Of a DNA stretch of 64,000 nucleotides, positions 25,001 to 34,234 are shown piece after piece. The notes under the pieces were generated by a model. That model saw only the letters and a program-made list of their open reading frames with translations. It ran no database searches and was not told the DNA's origin. Position numbers and translations under genes: made by a program. The DNA is from Syntrophaceae bacterium (GTDB lineage Bacteria > Desulfobacterota > Syntrophia > Syntrophales > UBA2185): contig PMBI01000062.1 of the NCBI GenBank assembly GCA_003153775.1, positions 4,110 through 68,109 of the forward strand, read 5' to 3'. Numbering within the stretch: the stretch's first letter is position 1; each line of letters begins with the position of its first letter.

Positions 25001-25801
25001 ATGATACTCGTGAAATTACTATTAGTAGCTATTTTGGGTTTCATAGTCGGATGTGGCGTCTTTTACTTCCGTCAGGAGAACATGATCTTTTATCCTGAAG
25101 CGCTCCCGCCCGATTTCCAATATAGTTTTCCCACCCGGTTTGACGAAGTAACTCTCAGCGTTGACAGCGCTGCCATTAACGCCTTGCATTTCAAGACAGA
25201 CAATCCCAAAGGGGTCATTATCTATTTCCATGGAAACGCGGGAAACCTAAGCAGCTGGGGTGAAGTCGCCCTCGATTTCATGAGGTTGAATTACGATGTG
25301 CTCATACCGGATTACAGAGGGTATGGAAAGAGCACGGGAAAGATACGCAGCGAGAGGATGCTGCACGATGATGCGACGGTTGCCTACGACTATCTCAAGG
25401 CGCGCTATCTCGAAAATCAGATCATAATCTACGGAAGGTCAATCGGCACGGGGATTGCCGCTTATCTCGCAAAAGAGACGAAGCCGCGCATACTTATCCT
25501 GGAGTCGCCGGTTTTCAACATGCGGGACCTCGCCGGCTATCATTATCCATTGATGCCGGGGCTGCTCGTCGCTTCGCTCCTTAAGTATCCAATGCGTACA
25601 GACTTGTGGATTGCCAAAGTCGCCTGCCCTATTTATTTATTCCACGGCACTGCAGACGATGTTGTCCCCTACAGTTCGAGTGAAAGGCTCATCAAGCTTG
25701 CCAGAACGGAAAGCCGGTTAATCTCAATTCCCGGAGGCGGGCATAACAATCTGGACGCATTCGCGCTCTATCACGAAGAACTGGAGCGCATTCTGAAGTA
25801 G
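25001..25801 (+). CDS. Alpha/beta hydrolase with N-terminal membrane anchor
   Basis: 266 aa from ATG 25001. HGNAGN oxyanion region, nucleophile elbow GRSIG, later D (GTADDVV) and H (GGGHNN). Confidence 0.85.
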   Translation: MILVKLLLVAILGFIVGCGVFYFRQENMIFYPEALPPDFQYSFPTRFDEVTLSVDSAAINALHFKTDNPKGVIIYFHGNAGNLSSWGEVALDFMRLNYDVLIPDYRGYGKSTGKIRSERMLHDDATVAYDYLKARYLENQIIIYGRSIGTGIAAYLAKETKPRILILESPVFNMRDLAGYHYPLMPGLLVASLLKYPMRTDLWIAKVACPIYLFHGTADDVVPYSSSERLIKLARTESRLISIPGGGHNNLDAFALYHEELERILK

Positions 25802-25878
25802 GAAAATCTATCGCAGGCGCGCTGCGCCAATCAATGCCTGTAGCTCTCACGGGTGCCCCTGTGATAAAGGAAAAAAAT

Positions 25879-26496
25879 ATGCCCTTCTGGATCATAATAC
25901 TTCTTGCTACCATGGGGATTCTCGTCGTCTGCAAGTTTCTCTTCGCCTTTTCCCTTGTCTCCGTGTTCCCGATTACACAGGGAGCCATGTTTCACCCATC
26001 TGCCCGTGTAAGGGTCAGGACATTTCTCGATCATGTACCGATGAAGGCGGGTGATCTTCTCGTTGATGTCGGGTGCGGGGACGGGAGGGTTCTCAGGGCT
26101 GCGAAGAGGCGCTATGGTGTCCGGGCGCTGGGGTTTGAGGTAAACCCCCTCGCTTATATGCTGGCGCGCCTCCGCACCATCGGGTTGGAAGGGATTGAGG
26201 TGAGGTTCAAGAATTTCTGGAATGTGAATGTCGGAGATGCCGACGTGGTTTTCTGTTATCTTTTCCCTGACGTCATGGCCAGGCTCGCTCACAAACTCGA
26301 AAAAGAGCTTCGTCCGGGGACCCGCGTCATTTCCTGCAATTTCCCGCTTCCGGGATGGAGGCACAGAGAATTACTTTATCCCGAATCCCCCATCCATGCG
26401 GATCCCATCTATCTCTATCAGATTCCTGCCCTCAGTCCACATCCAGGCGGACGTTGTACGTGTAATCCCGATTGGCCTCGGTCTCATAATGCTTAA
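25879..26496 (+). CDS. Class I SAM-dependent methyltransferase with N-terminal TM helix
   Basis: Motif I VDVGCGDGRVL. Start chosen at MPFWIIILL (25879). The 3' end overlaps the convergent TPR gene by 65 nt. Confidence 0.75.
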   Translation: MPFWIIILLATMGILVVCKFLFAFSLVSVFPITQGAMFHPSARVRVRTFLDHVPMKAGDLLVDVGCGDGRVLRAAKRRYGVRALGFEVNPLAYMLARLRTIGLEGIEVRFKNFWNVNVGDADVVFCYLFPDVMARLAHKLEKELRPGTRVISCNFPLPGWRHRELLYPESPIHADPIYLYQIPALSPHPGGRCTCNPDWPRSHNA

Positions 26497-26779
26497 TGTT
26501 GTAAAAGATGGCAAAGTCGTAATTATTAGTGGCATAGTAGGACTTGCTTAAACCCAGGTAAGCCTCGGCGAAATTAGGATCGGCAGCGATGGCCTTTCTG
26601 AACTGTCCAATCGCGTCTCTGTGCTGACCCTGCGAGGCGAGGGTTAGACCACTCGTGTAATAGGCAATAGCCTCATCGCTGCTCTGAGGATTGATGCCGA
26701 CGTAGTGCGATGGTAACGACGCGCAGCCCATTGCAACAAGTAGAAAAATCGACAATAAACATAAATGAACCTTTCTCAT
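26432..26779 (-). CDS. TPR-repeat lipoprotein
   Basis: 115 aa. Signal peptide with lipobox LVAMGC and TPR-like ..AIGQFRKAIAADPNFAEAYLGLSKSYY... Confidence 0.7.
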   Translation of the reverse strand: MRKVHLCLLSIFLLVAMGCASLPSHYVGINPQSSDEAIAYYTSGLTLASQGQHRDAIGQFRKAIAADPNFAEAYLGLSKSYYATNNYDFAIFYNIKHYETEANRDYTYNVRLDVD

Positions 26780-26815
26780 TGCCCCTCTCCTTTCATGGCG
26801 GTGCCTTATTGATGT

Positions 26816-26869
26816 ATTGATGCTCTCCGCAGCAAGCTGCGGGAAATGTGCTCGCTGCCGAACTCAAAC
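26816..26869 (+). repeat. Dispersed intergenic hairpin repeat, short form
   Basis: ATTGATGCTCTCCGCAGCAAGCTGCGGGAAATGTGCTCGCTGCCGAACTCAAAC. The head heptamer ATTGATG is duplicated immediately upstream (26808-26814). Confidence 0.8.
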
Positions 26870-26944
26870 TTCGTGCAGCGGTTAAACCCGTATGCTGAAA
26901 AAATGCAGCAATATTAAGGCCAAGTATAAGATAAACAAAGTTTT

Positions 26945-27089
26945 ATGTCAAAGAAAATGATCCCTTGTATTTATATCGGCACATCGGGCTGTAATTATGA
27001 GCACTGGAAAGATATTTTTTATCCCGCCACATTTGCTGAATCGGCATGGCTTCAATTCTACGCCCAACGCTTCACACCTGTCGAAGTAC
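26945..27089 (+). pseudogene. DUF72 (UPF0759/YecE-like) gene remnant, N-terminal ~48 codons only
   Basis: IYIGTSGCNYEHWKDIFYP..AWLQFYAQRFTPVEV matches the highly conserved DUF72 N-terminus (IGTSGWxYxxWKGxFYP..YAxxFxxVEIN). Similarity then stops and the ORF runs into the 3' end of bpt on the other strand. Confidence 0.5.
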
Positions 27090-27140
27090 GCCCCGGAAAA
27101 TGCGGCGAGATTAAAAGAAATACTGGCCTCAGACTGATTT

Positions 27141-27884
27141 TTATTCTTCCGTTAATCTATCGATTTCTTTCCATTCCCCTTTATCAAAGTCCATTAGCTC
27201 TGCGGGCCTGAATAATCCCTTGTACCGCATCGCACTGATCTCATTTATGCAATACCCGAGGTAGTAATATTTTAGACCTCTCTCGCGGGCCCACTCGATC
27301 TCCTTCATGATGGAAAAGGTTCCAGGAGAGAAGGAACTGAACCGCGGCTCGAAAGAAAAGTAGATCGTGGAGAGGGATATTTCTCCGAGATCAAGGAATC
27401 CGTTCCCCGCAAGCCTGCCGTCGATAAATAGCGCCGACACGAGAAGCCGCGTCGGCGACACAAAAAATTCATTGAAGTATCCATTCAAATCACACGGGGG
27501 CTTATGATATCGGGCACGCAGGAACCTGTTGTAGAGCGAAAGGCTCTTTTTGATATACTTGACGGCAAACTCCGCAGGATCGAACACCTTGAATTCAGTT
27601 CCTGCGTTTTTTCTAAGGACGCGACGCTGGCTCTTTGAAGGTTCGAACTTCTCCACGGGCACGCGGATGGGAAGACAACGCCGGCAATTGCCGCAGCTGT
27701 TGCGATAGAAATACGATGAGACATGACGCCAACCCCGTGCAAGAAATTCATCGGTCTGCCGCGGGGAAAGATTTGTATTCCACAAAAAGGCCTCTTCCAC
27801 AGGGGCCGTGATTTCAGGAAAATACGTGCATGGCCTGTGTGTGATGCTGCTCAGATCTCTAAGGAAGTCACGGTTCCTTTTCAT
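27141..27884 (-). CDS. bpt: Arginyl/leucyl-tRNA--protein transferase family (bacterial Bpt, ATE-type)
   Basis: 247 aa. N-terminus ..CTYFP.., GWRHVSSYFYRNSCGNCRRCLPIRVPVEKFEPSKSQRRVLRKN, and ..YYLGYCI.. are the ATE_N/ATE_C signatures. Confidence 0.85.
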   Translation of the reverse strand: MKRNRDFLRDLSSITHRPCTYFPEITAPVEEAFLWNTNLSPRQTDEFLARGWRHVSSYFYRNSCGNCRRCLPIRVPVEKFEPSKSQRRVLRKNAGTEFKVFDPAEFAVKYIKKSLSLYNRFLRARYHKPPCDLNGYFNEFFVSPTRLLVSALFIDGRLAGNGFLDLGEISLSTIYFSFEPRFSSFSPGTFSIMKEIEWARERGLKYYYLGYCINEISAMRYKGLFRPAELMDFDKGEWKEIDRLTEE

Positions 27885-27979
27885 CGTTGTTAACTTTACC
27901 TGTGAGCGCTCTTTAGGCGCTCTCCAAAGCTCCTACACAGCTCTTGTTGTACGGCGCCGCACCGATATTCTCTGGAAAA

Positions 27980-30955
27980 TCAAACCAGCGAGTCTATTTC
28001 AAGCTTCGGCTCCAGGATTTCATTGACCCTTTGAAGATTTTCAAACGAAGAATATACGGCAATGACCGCCGTTTCCGCTGCCCCTGCGAAATAACGGGAA
28101 GCTGCTTCCAGCAATAGCTCCGGCGTCATGTCAAGGATCATGTGCCTGAACTTCAGGCGGTCTCCATCCGTGAGGCCTGTGAAGTCGCGAATCATTGCGA
28201 CATATCCCTTGCTCGAGGGATCCATGGGTTTGTCGAGAGAACCTATCGTTCCGATAACAGTCTTCTCCAGTTCCTCTCCGGAAATCTTATTCTGCGAGAT
28301 GAATTCCTCTGCCATGCGGTAAACATTCAGGGTGTTGATTATGTTTGGGTCCCTGTATGAGAGCAAGGCGAAGGTGCCGCTCGTCGGATCATATTGCGAC
28401 ATGCCCCCATAGGCTCCCCCCTGAACCCTGATATGCTTGTACAGATACCCGCTCGACAATTCTCTGGCCAAAACAAACATGGGAGCGGAAAGTGGATCGG
28501 CGTATGCCGGGGCCTGAAAAACTTTTGCCACATACGAAACCTGGGCGGGAATGGCGATACCCGCATGAACCGTTGACCGAGACGGGACACTCTTGTTTCC
28601 TGTACCGCCGCCGCCGGATAAGCGCCCGACGAAACCAGCCGCACTTTCTCTCAGAAGTGAAAGGCCTTCTGCATCTGCCGTTAAATTAATATGCAGCCTG
28701 TCTTTTCGGAAAACCATATGTTGCAGAGAAGTCACTCTCTCGAGAAGTTCCTTTTTTCTTTCGTCGAATTTATCTGCTATCGCATTGACAAACTTAAGCT
28801 GCGTCCTGCCGTGCCACTGTTCGTCCCTGTATGCCGCTACGGATAAAGCCTGACTTGCCGACCTCCGCGCAAAAGTATGGCCCGAAGGAATAACGGAAGC
28901 CTGAATGTCATTTCTTCTTTCTGCAATCAACTCACGCATCCGGGTTTCATTCGACATATCCCCTGCTGTGAGGATATCGGAGATTATGCCCACTGCGTCC
29001 GCAATATTCCTGTGGAGGGCCTTGACACGGAAGATCAGTTTCTGCCAGTTATTCCTGCCGTCCACGGTCATGCCCGCAGACAGATGATAACCGATTCCCC
29101 CCGTCTTCAATACAATGCGTTTTGCCATTTCTGTGTAGTCGAAGCCAGCCGCCCCCATGTTAGCAATCAGCTTTGCCAGGAGGGGGAGATAGGGCTGAAG
29201 GTCTTCCGATATGTCGGACACATCAAAGGCGAGATCGAGGTAGGCGATGCAATTGGCAAAGATGTCATGCATCATAACCGGGACATTTTCAATTGCCTCT
29301 TTTGTCGTGGCAATCGTCTCTATCGAACGCGATATGTCGCCGATGCTGAGCCTTGGCAGCGCCGACGCCGCCTCAGGCGCATCCGGCTCAACCTGGAATT
29401 TTTTCAACGCCTGCGCATCCGTCCTGATCTTTCTTAGATCGTCGCCGGAAAGCGATGCCTTGAGCAAAGCCATCTTCTTCTTGAAGGCTTCCTCCTGTGC
29501 CGCCTGATATGTCGTACTTGGCTCCATGACGGAGAGCAGTCGGTGAGGATTGTCAAGAAACCATTCCCGCACGATCTCCTGAAAAAGTTCCGGGTTCGCT
29601 TCCCATTTCCTGCGGATGTTTTCGATCGCCCGCGGGAAATTCATACCCTCGATGGGATCACCATCATACAGCCAGGTGTGGTAGGCTCTTCCCATGAGTA
29701 TGATCCCGTATGGATACGTGCTGCGGATAATTTCCTTGCCGTTGAATTCCACCTGGTGAAGAGTCCCTTCGACGAGGGCACGGTCAAAACCGGATTTTGC
29801 AATATCCTTTAGCGTATCGATGATCAACGCTTCGATGCTCTCGGCTTTATCAGGATCAGCACCCCGCAGACCGACGATAAATGCTATCTGCTTGAGATCT
29901 GGCTCCACTCCCGTAAGCGGAGACAGGTCTTCACCGAACCCGGAATCGATGAGGGCCTTACGCAGGGGTCCGGCGGCGCTTCCAACCAGCATACCCGAAA
30001 CCATCTGAAGGAGAAGCGCTGTTTCATACTCGACGTTTTCCGCCATCATCCATCCAATGTTGACGGCTGTCTTTCTTCTCGGGTCGTCTTCTTTGGCGAT
30101 AGGATAGAAGCCGTGGATGGACGCGGGCTCCTGCCATCTTGATTGACTCTTGATGGTCGAGTCCACCTCCACACGATCGAAGCCTGCAAGCATCTCTTCC
30201 AGAAATGCCAGGTGGTCTGCCGTTGGAATGTCGCCATAGAGGAGGAAGCGCGCGTTTGTCGGCGAGTAGTAGGCGCGATGGAATGCTTTGAACTGCTCAT
30301 ATGTGAGAAGCGGGATATCGTCGGGGTCTCCTCCTGAGTCGAAGGAATAGGGGGTGTCGGGATAGAGATGCTGCTGGATGGCCTTGTACATCAGGGCCTC
30401 GGGGGAGGAATAAGCGCCCTTCATTTCATTGAAGACGATCCCCGAAATGATAAGTTCGCTTGCCGAATCTTCCGGATTGGAGAATTCGAGATGGTGACCT
30501 TCCTGACAGAACGTCTCCCTCAACAGACGGGGTCTCAGCACCAGATCCGTATATACGCGGGCAAGATTGAAGAAGTCGGCCCTCACCTGACTCGCCACAG
30601 GATAGATGGTCTTATCAGGATACGTAAAGGCATTGATAAAAGTCTGCAGCGACCCCCTGTGCAGTTCGTTGAAGACATCCCTCAGCGGATATCGCTCTGA
30701 ACCCGCAAGCACGGAGTGTTCAAGAATATGAGGAACGCCCGTGGAATTTTCCGGCGGTGTGCGAAAACCTACGGTATAGAGATTCTCGCGGTCATCGCAG
30801 TGAAGGTGAAGCACTTTCGCGCCTGTTATTAGATGCTCCAGTTCATATGCGGTTATCCGAATTTCCGGGATCTGCAAAACGCGGAGGACATGGAATCCAT
30901 GAAGCAGGACTCCTTCATTAAGCGTCGGGGCAGGACATTCATGGGATACTGTCAT
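27980..30955 (-). CDS. M16C family (PreP/insulinase-like) zinc metalloprotease
   Basis: 991 aa. Inverted zincin motif HILEH (GVPHILEHSVLAGS). Size and four-domain layout resemble presequence-protease-like enzymes. No signal peptide seen. Confidence 0.9.
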   Translation of the reverse strand: MTVSHECPAPTLNEGVLLHGFHVLRVLQIPEIRITAYELEHLITGAKVLHLHCDDRENLYTVGFRTPPENSTGVPHILEHSVLAGSERYPLRDVFNELHRGSLQTFINAFTYPDKTIYPVASQVRADFFNLARVYTDLVLRPRLLRETFCQEGHHLEFSNPEDSASELIISGIVFNEMKGAYSSPEALMYKAIQQHLYPDTPYSFDSGGDPDDIPLLTYEQFKAFHRAYYSPTNARFLLYGDIPTADHLAFLEEMLAGFDRVEVDSTIKSQSRWQEPASIHGFYPIAKEDDPRRKTAVNIGWMMAENVEYETALLLQMVSGMLVGSAAGPLRKALIDSGFGEDLSPLTGVEPDLKQIAFIVGLRGADPDKAESIEALIIDTLKDIAKSGFDRALVEGTLHQVEFNGKEIIRSTYPYGIILMGRAYHTWLYDGDPIEGMNFPRAIENIRRKWEANPELFQEIVREWFLDNPHRLLSVMEPSTTYQAAQEEAFKKKMALLKASLSGDDLRKIRTDAQALKKFQVEPDAPEAASALPRLSIGDISRSIETIATTKEAIENVPVMMHDIFANCIAYLDLAFDVSDISEDLQPYLPLLAKLIANMGAAGFDYTEMAKRIVLKTGGIGYHLSAGMTVDGRNNWQKLIFRVKALHRNIADAVGIISDILTAGDMSNETRMRELIAERRNDIQASVIPSGHTFARRSASQALSVAAYRDEQWHGRTQLKFVNAIADKFDERKKELLERVTSLQHMVFRKDRLHINLTADAEGLSLLRESAAGFVGRLSGGGGTGNKSVPSRSTVHAGIAIPAQVSYVAKVFQAPAYADPLSAPMFVLARELSSGYLYKHIRVQGGAYGGMSQYDPTSGTFALLSYRDPNIINTLNVYRMAEEFISQNKISGEELEKTVIGTIGSLDKPMDPSSKGYVAMIRDFTGLTDGDRLKFRHMILDMTPELLLEAASRYFAGAAETAVIAVYSSFENLQRVNEILEPKLEIDSLV

Positions 30956-31359
30956 CTTGCCGCTCCCGGATTCTGGTCCACTCTTCTCTGGGTATTACTC
31001 AACAGATATAATCCGACCATGTGATCGTTCCCCTGTGATTGTATGTGATGTTGTCCCGGGTCTGTATTTAGCCTGTTTCAATCATCTTCTTGAAAGATTA
31101 AGTCGTCTGGAAAAAGACAGGTCTCATGGATTAAATATACCAGAGTCAATACTGGCATGGAAAGACAATTTTTGTGGAAACGCGAGAGCAGTGGCGGGAT
31201 GAAATAAATGCCCCTTGTCCGTGACAAAAAAAGGTTCATCCGGTTCTTGCATACTTCCTGAAATCAAGCATCCAGTGATTTTGATAGGCCTACATCCTTT
31301 CAAACGGAAATGATGATCACTATCGGTGCCACACCCCACCTTTTGCGGTCAAGATGTCC

Positions 31360-31388
31360 TTGACTTACAAGAACGTTCTTGTTACACA
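31360..31388 (+). promoter_or_regulatory. Predicted promoter whose 17-nt spacer holds a perfect 16-bp palindrome
   Basis: TTGACT (31360-31365), 17-nt spacer, TACACA (31383-31388). ACAAGAACGTTCTTGT (31367-31382) is perfectly self-complementary. Lies about 100 nt upstream of ORF 31484. Confidence 0.4.
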
Positions 31389-31483
31389 TCCAACGTACAG
31401 AAGAAATATCTTATCAAATTTTTTGTGAGTGAAAATGGTTATGGAGGGTTAATCCCCTTGGAAAAAACAGGAGGCAAGAAAAG

Positions 31484-31885
31484 ATGAAGAAGGTATTGGT
31501 GATTGTAGTTGCTGGTCTGTTTGCGTTCAGTCTCACTGGGATCGCGATAGCCGAAGATACGGCAATTACGGGCAAGACTATTGTATGCCCGCCTTCAGTT
31601 AATATAGCCTTCCACATAAACCCCATTCCCGCTGGTGGCTGGTGGGATCTAGTCATAGGTGGGCATGTATTAAATATTACATCTTTACAGGTAGTAGGCG
31701 GTCACTTAAGGTGCATATATGGTGTGGTGTCTGCGAATACGATTTACGATGAACTCATCCAGGATACACCTTTGGGTTATTCCTGTGTCGCGGACAACGA
31801 CAAAAAGGAGTTTCGTTGTCAAAAAAGCACCGTGCCTGTAGCTTCGCCACCGCAAAAAAATACCCCAAAAATCGGTGGCAAGTAG
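31484..31885 (+). CDS. Secreted hypothetical protein (4 Cys)
   Basis: 133 aa. Sec-type signal peptide MKKVLVIVVAGLFAFSLTGIAIA, AGGAGG Shine-Dalgarno sequence upstream, Pro/Lys-rich tail. No known domain recognised. Confidence 0.6.
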   Translation: MKKVLVIVVAGLFAFSLTGIAIAEDTAITGKTIVCPPSVNIAFHINPIPAGGWWDLVIGGHVLNITSLQVVGGHLRCIYGVVSANTIYDELIQDTPLGYSCVADNDKKEFRCQKSTVPVASPPQKNTPKIGGK

Positions 31886-32183
31886 TTGCAATAGGCTCGA
31901 GTTAACTTAAATAAGGGCATCAATATAGAAAAAGGGAAAGCGCCCGTTGTTTCTCAGCGTGCCATTAACCACCGCGGCTTTTTTATTGAAACCTTCCTGG
32001 AAGCAGTAGGGCGCGTGAACATCTCATAATACAATCTTTCAGATGGCAATCTGCAAAACTTTTAATAATCTTAGCTCATCGATCAGTATTTTAACAAATG
32101 CAGGATGTAAAATTTAGGTAAGACCAGTCCCATTCAGGGAATATTCATTACAATTATCTTTTAGTGGACATACTGTCAGATCC

Positions 32184-33662
32184 ATGAACATTGCCCTCAT
32201 CATACCCGTGAACAGCTCTGATAACTCGCGGAGCTTTTATGATTATAAATTCTTCTCAACTTTTTTGCTTTCCAGGAAATATATATCCTATCTACTTGCA
32301 ATCCCCACCCTGGCATCTTTAACCCCTTCATACCACAAGCTCAGGGTGTTCGATGAAAACATTGATGATATTGATTATGAATGGCAAGCCGATCTTGTCG
32401 GAATCAGCGTAAGGACCATGTTTGCAAAGAGGGCATATGAGATATCGGATATGTACCAAAAAAAGGGGTGTAAGACCGTTCTCGGAGGCATACATCCCTC
32501 GATGTGCCCCGAAGAAGCCATGAATTATTGCGATTGCGTTGTTATCGGCGAGGCGGAGAATGTCTGGGGTATGCTTCTGAAGGATGCCGAACAAGGTCAG
32601 CTGAAAAGAATCTACAGGGCCGAATCTCTTGTCGATCTATCCTCCGCGCCTTCTATATCAAGATCGTGTTTGTCAAGAGCCCGATATCTGCAGGATATTA
32701 TACAGACCACTAAGGGGTGCCCATTCCACTGTGAGTTTTGTTCAGTGCATGCCTTTGATGGACAGAAAATCAGGAATAAATCCATAGAACAAGTCATAGC
32801 CGAGATTAAAGACATCAACAGCTCTCTTTCCAAATATAAAAAGAAAAACGCCATCTTCTTTGCTGATGATAATATCATCGCCAATAAAAAGTTTGCCAGT
32901 GAATTGTTTGAAGCCCTCAAACCGCACAATATTAATTGGATGTGTCAGGCATCCATTAACATTTCCAAAGAAGATGAACTCTTGGGCCTCATGCGCGACA
33001 GCGGATGCGGCGCCATTTTTATCGGAATTGAGTCCATGTCAAAAAAAAACCTTGAGGTTATGCGCAAGGAGATCAACCAGCAGTGTGATTATACCGAGGC
33101 CATAAGAATTATCCAGTCATACGGCATCATGGTGCACAGCTCATTTATCGTCGGGTACGATCATGACTGCGAATCAGCGTTCGATGAAATGATAGACTTC
33201 ATTCAGGAAACCAAGCAGCTTATGCCGCTTATAAACATCCTTACACCTTTCCCGGGAACTGAGCTTTTCAAACGCATGGAAAAGGAGGGCCGGATCCTCC
33301 ATAAGGACTGGAGCAGGTATGACACCAAACATGTGGTCTTCCAACCTCACAAACTGTCTCCGCAGGAATTGGAGGCAGGATATTGGAAAATAGTCAGGGA
33401 GGTGTATTCATTTGATGCCATCTGGAAGAAACTCAACTATTACTGGGAGATCGATTTCTGGAAACGTGCCAATGAGCTTGATCCTGTGAAGTTCTCCTAC
33501 CGTCTCATTTTTGCATTGCGTCTCTTTTCCCTGCTCTTTTCCCGCAATATCAATCGCTCGAAATTCATTATTAAAATACTGCCAAAGGTATTTGACAGGC
33601 GAGCCAGGATATCCTCAATCCTTGCCCTGATGGCCTATAATGACTTTGCTTACAGTCTGTAG
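32184..33662 (+). CDS. B12-binding domain radical SAM protein (class B rSAM)
   Basis: 492 aa. N-terminal cobalamin-binding-like domain (..LVGISVRT..TVLGGIHPS..), CPFHCEFCSV (CxxxCxxC) cluster motif and a helical C-terminal extension. Noticeably AT-richer than neighbouring genes. Confidence 0.88.
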   Translation: MNIALIIPVNSSDNSRSFYDYKFFSTFLLSRKYISYLLAIPTLASLTPSYHKLRVFDENIDDIDYEWQADLVGISVRTMFAKRAYEISDMYQKKGCKTVLGGIHPSMCPEEAMNYCDCVVIGEAENVWGMLLKDAEQGQLKRIYRAESLVDLSSAPSISRSCLSRARYLQDIIQTTKGCPFHCEFCSVHAFDGQKIRNKSIEQVIAEIKDINSSLSKYKKKNAIFFADDNIIANKKFASELFEALKPHNINWMCQASINISKEDELLGLMRDSGCGAIFIGIESMSKKNLEVMRKEINQQCDYTEAIRIIQSYGIMVHSSFIVGYDHDCESAFDEMIDFIQETKQLMPLINILTPFPGTELFKRMEKEGRILHKDWSRYDTKHVVFQPHKLSPQELEAGYWKIVREVYSFDAIWKKLNYYWEIDFWKRANELDPVKFSYRLIFALRLFSLLFSRNINRSKFIIKILPKVFDRRARISSILALMAYNDFAYSL

Positions 33663-33861
33663 AAATGCGCTGTCGCCAATGCGTTTCACAACCTATTGAA
33701 GCTCTATAATTAAACAACGTGCCGATAAAGCTCCGCTTGTATGTGCCTGGTAAGTTGCCGGTTTTCCGTGGGTGCGGCATATGCCATATCATACCTGAAC
33801 CTGTCTGCTTATACAGGATACGTCATCCGGAAAACACTGATTATTATCACAACGTAGAAGA

Positions 33862-34065
33862 TGGTTTTGAATCGTTTTTTAAATATTTGTGAAGAGAGAT
33901 TCGAGAAACAGTATGGTTTCTTCCGGCCTTATCTTCAGCAGGTTATTTATCGGTGTCTCGATTGCTGCGATCTCCACAACGGCTTTGCCCGCGTGAAGTG
34001 CAGAGACTGCGGCCATGAGTAACTGCTTGCCTTCTTCTGCAAGCATTACTGCTTTCAAACCATAA
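33862..34065 (+). pseudogene. IS91-family transposase remnant (zinc-binding N-terminal domain, in-frame stop, no catalytic domain)
   Basis: Translation MVLNRFLNICEERFEKQYGFFRPYLQQVIYRCLDCCDLHNGFARVKCRDCGHE-stop-LLAFFCKH.. matches the conserved ..ERFEKxYGFFRPY..YLDCGDLHNGFARVKCxDCGHEYLLAFSCK.. N-terminus of IS91-type transposases. TAA at 34021 and similarity is lost after about 34065. Confidence 0.7.
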
Positions 34066-34137
34066 TCTTCGATCTTATTCATACTGTGAGGTTGAGGACT
34101 TGTAGGTGAACGAGAGAAGTACTCATAAACCGGGAGA

Positions 34138-34175
34138 AAAAAATTAAGCCCCTCTATCCGGTAGCAGAGGGGCTT
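34138..34175 (-). terminator. Rho-independent terminator for the small-membrane-protein operon (bidirectional hairpin)
   Basis: 10-bp stem AAGCCCCTCT (34146-34155) / AGAGGGGCTT (34166-34175). On the minus strand it is followed by a T run (complement of 34138-34143). Confidence 0.65.
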
Positions 34176-34234
34176 TTGGCGGGTATCACAGATCGTGAAA
34201 AGTGTTTTATGTCGTCCGCAGGGTCGGAACGATC

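Noticed and set aside
31367-31382. Interpreting ACAAGAACGTTCTTGT as a second LexA box.
   Set aside because: Its half-sites are GAAC/GTTC with zero spacing, whereas the box at lexA has a 4-nt spacer. LexA dimers are not expected to tolerate that change.
31484-33662. RiPP cluster hypothesis: small protein 31484-31885 as precursor peptide for the radical SAM enzyme.
   Set aside because: The 133-aa protein has a standard Sec signal peptide rather than a leader. A 300-bp gap separates the genes, and there is no RiPP recognition element, peptidase or exporter nearby.
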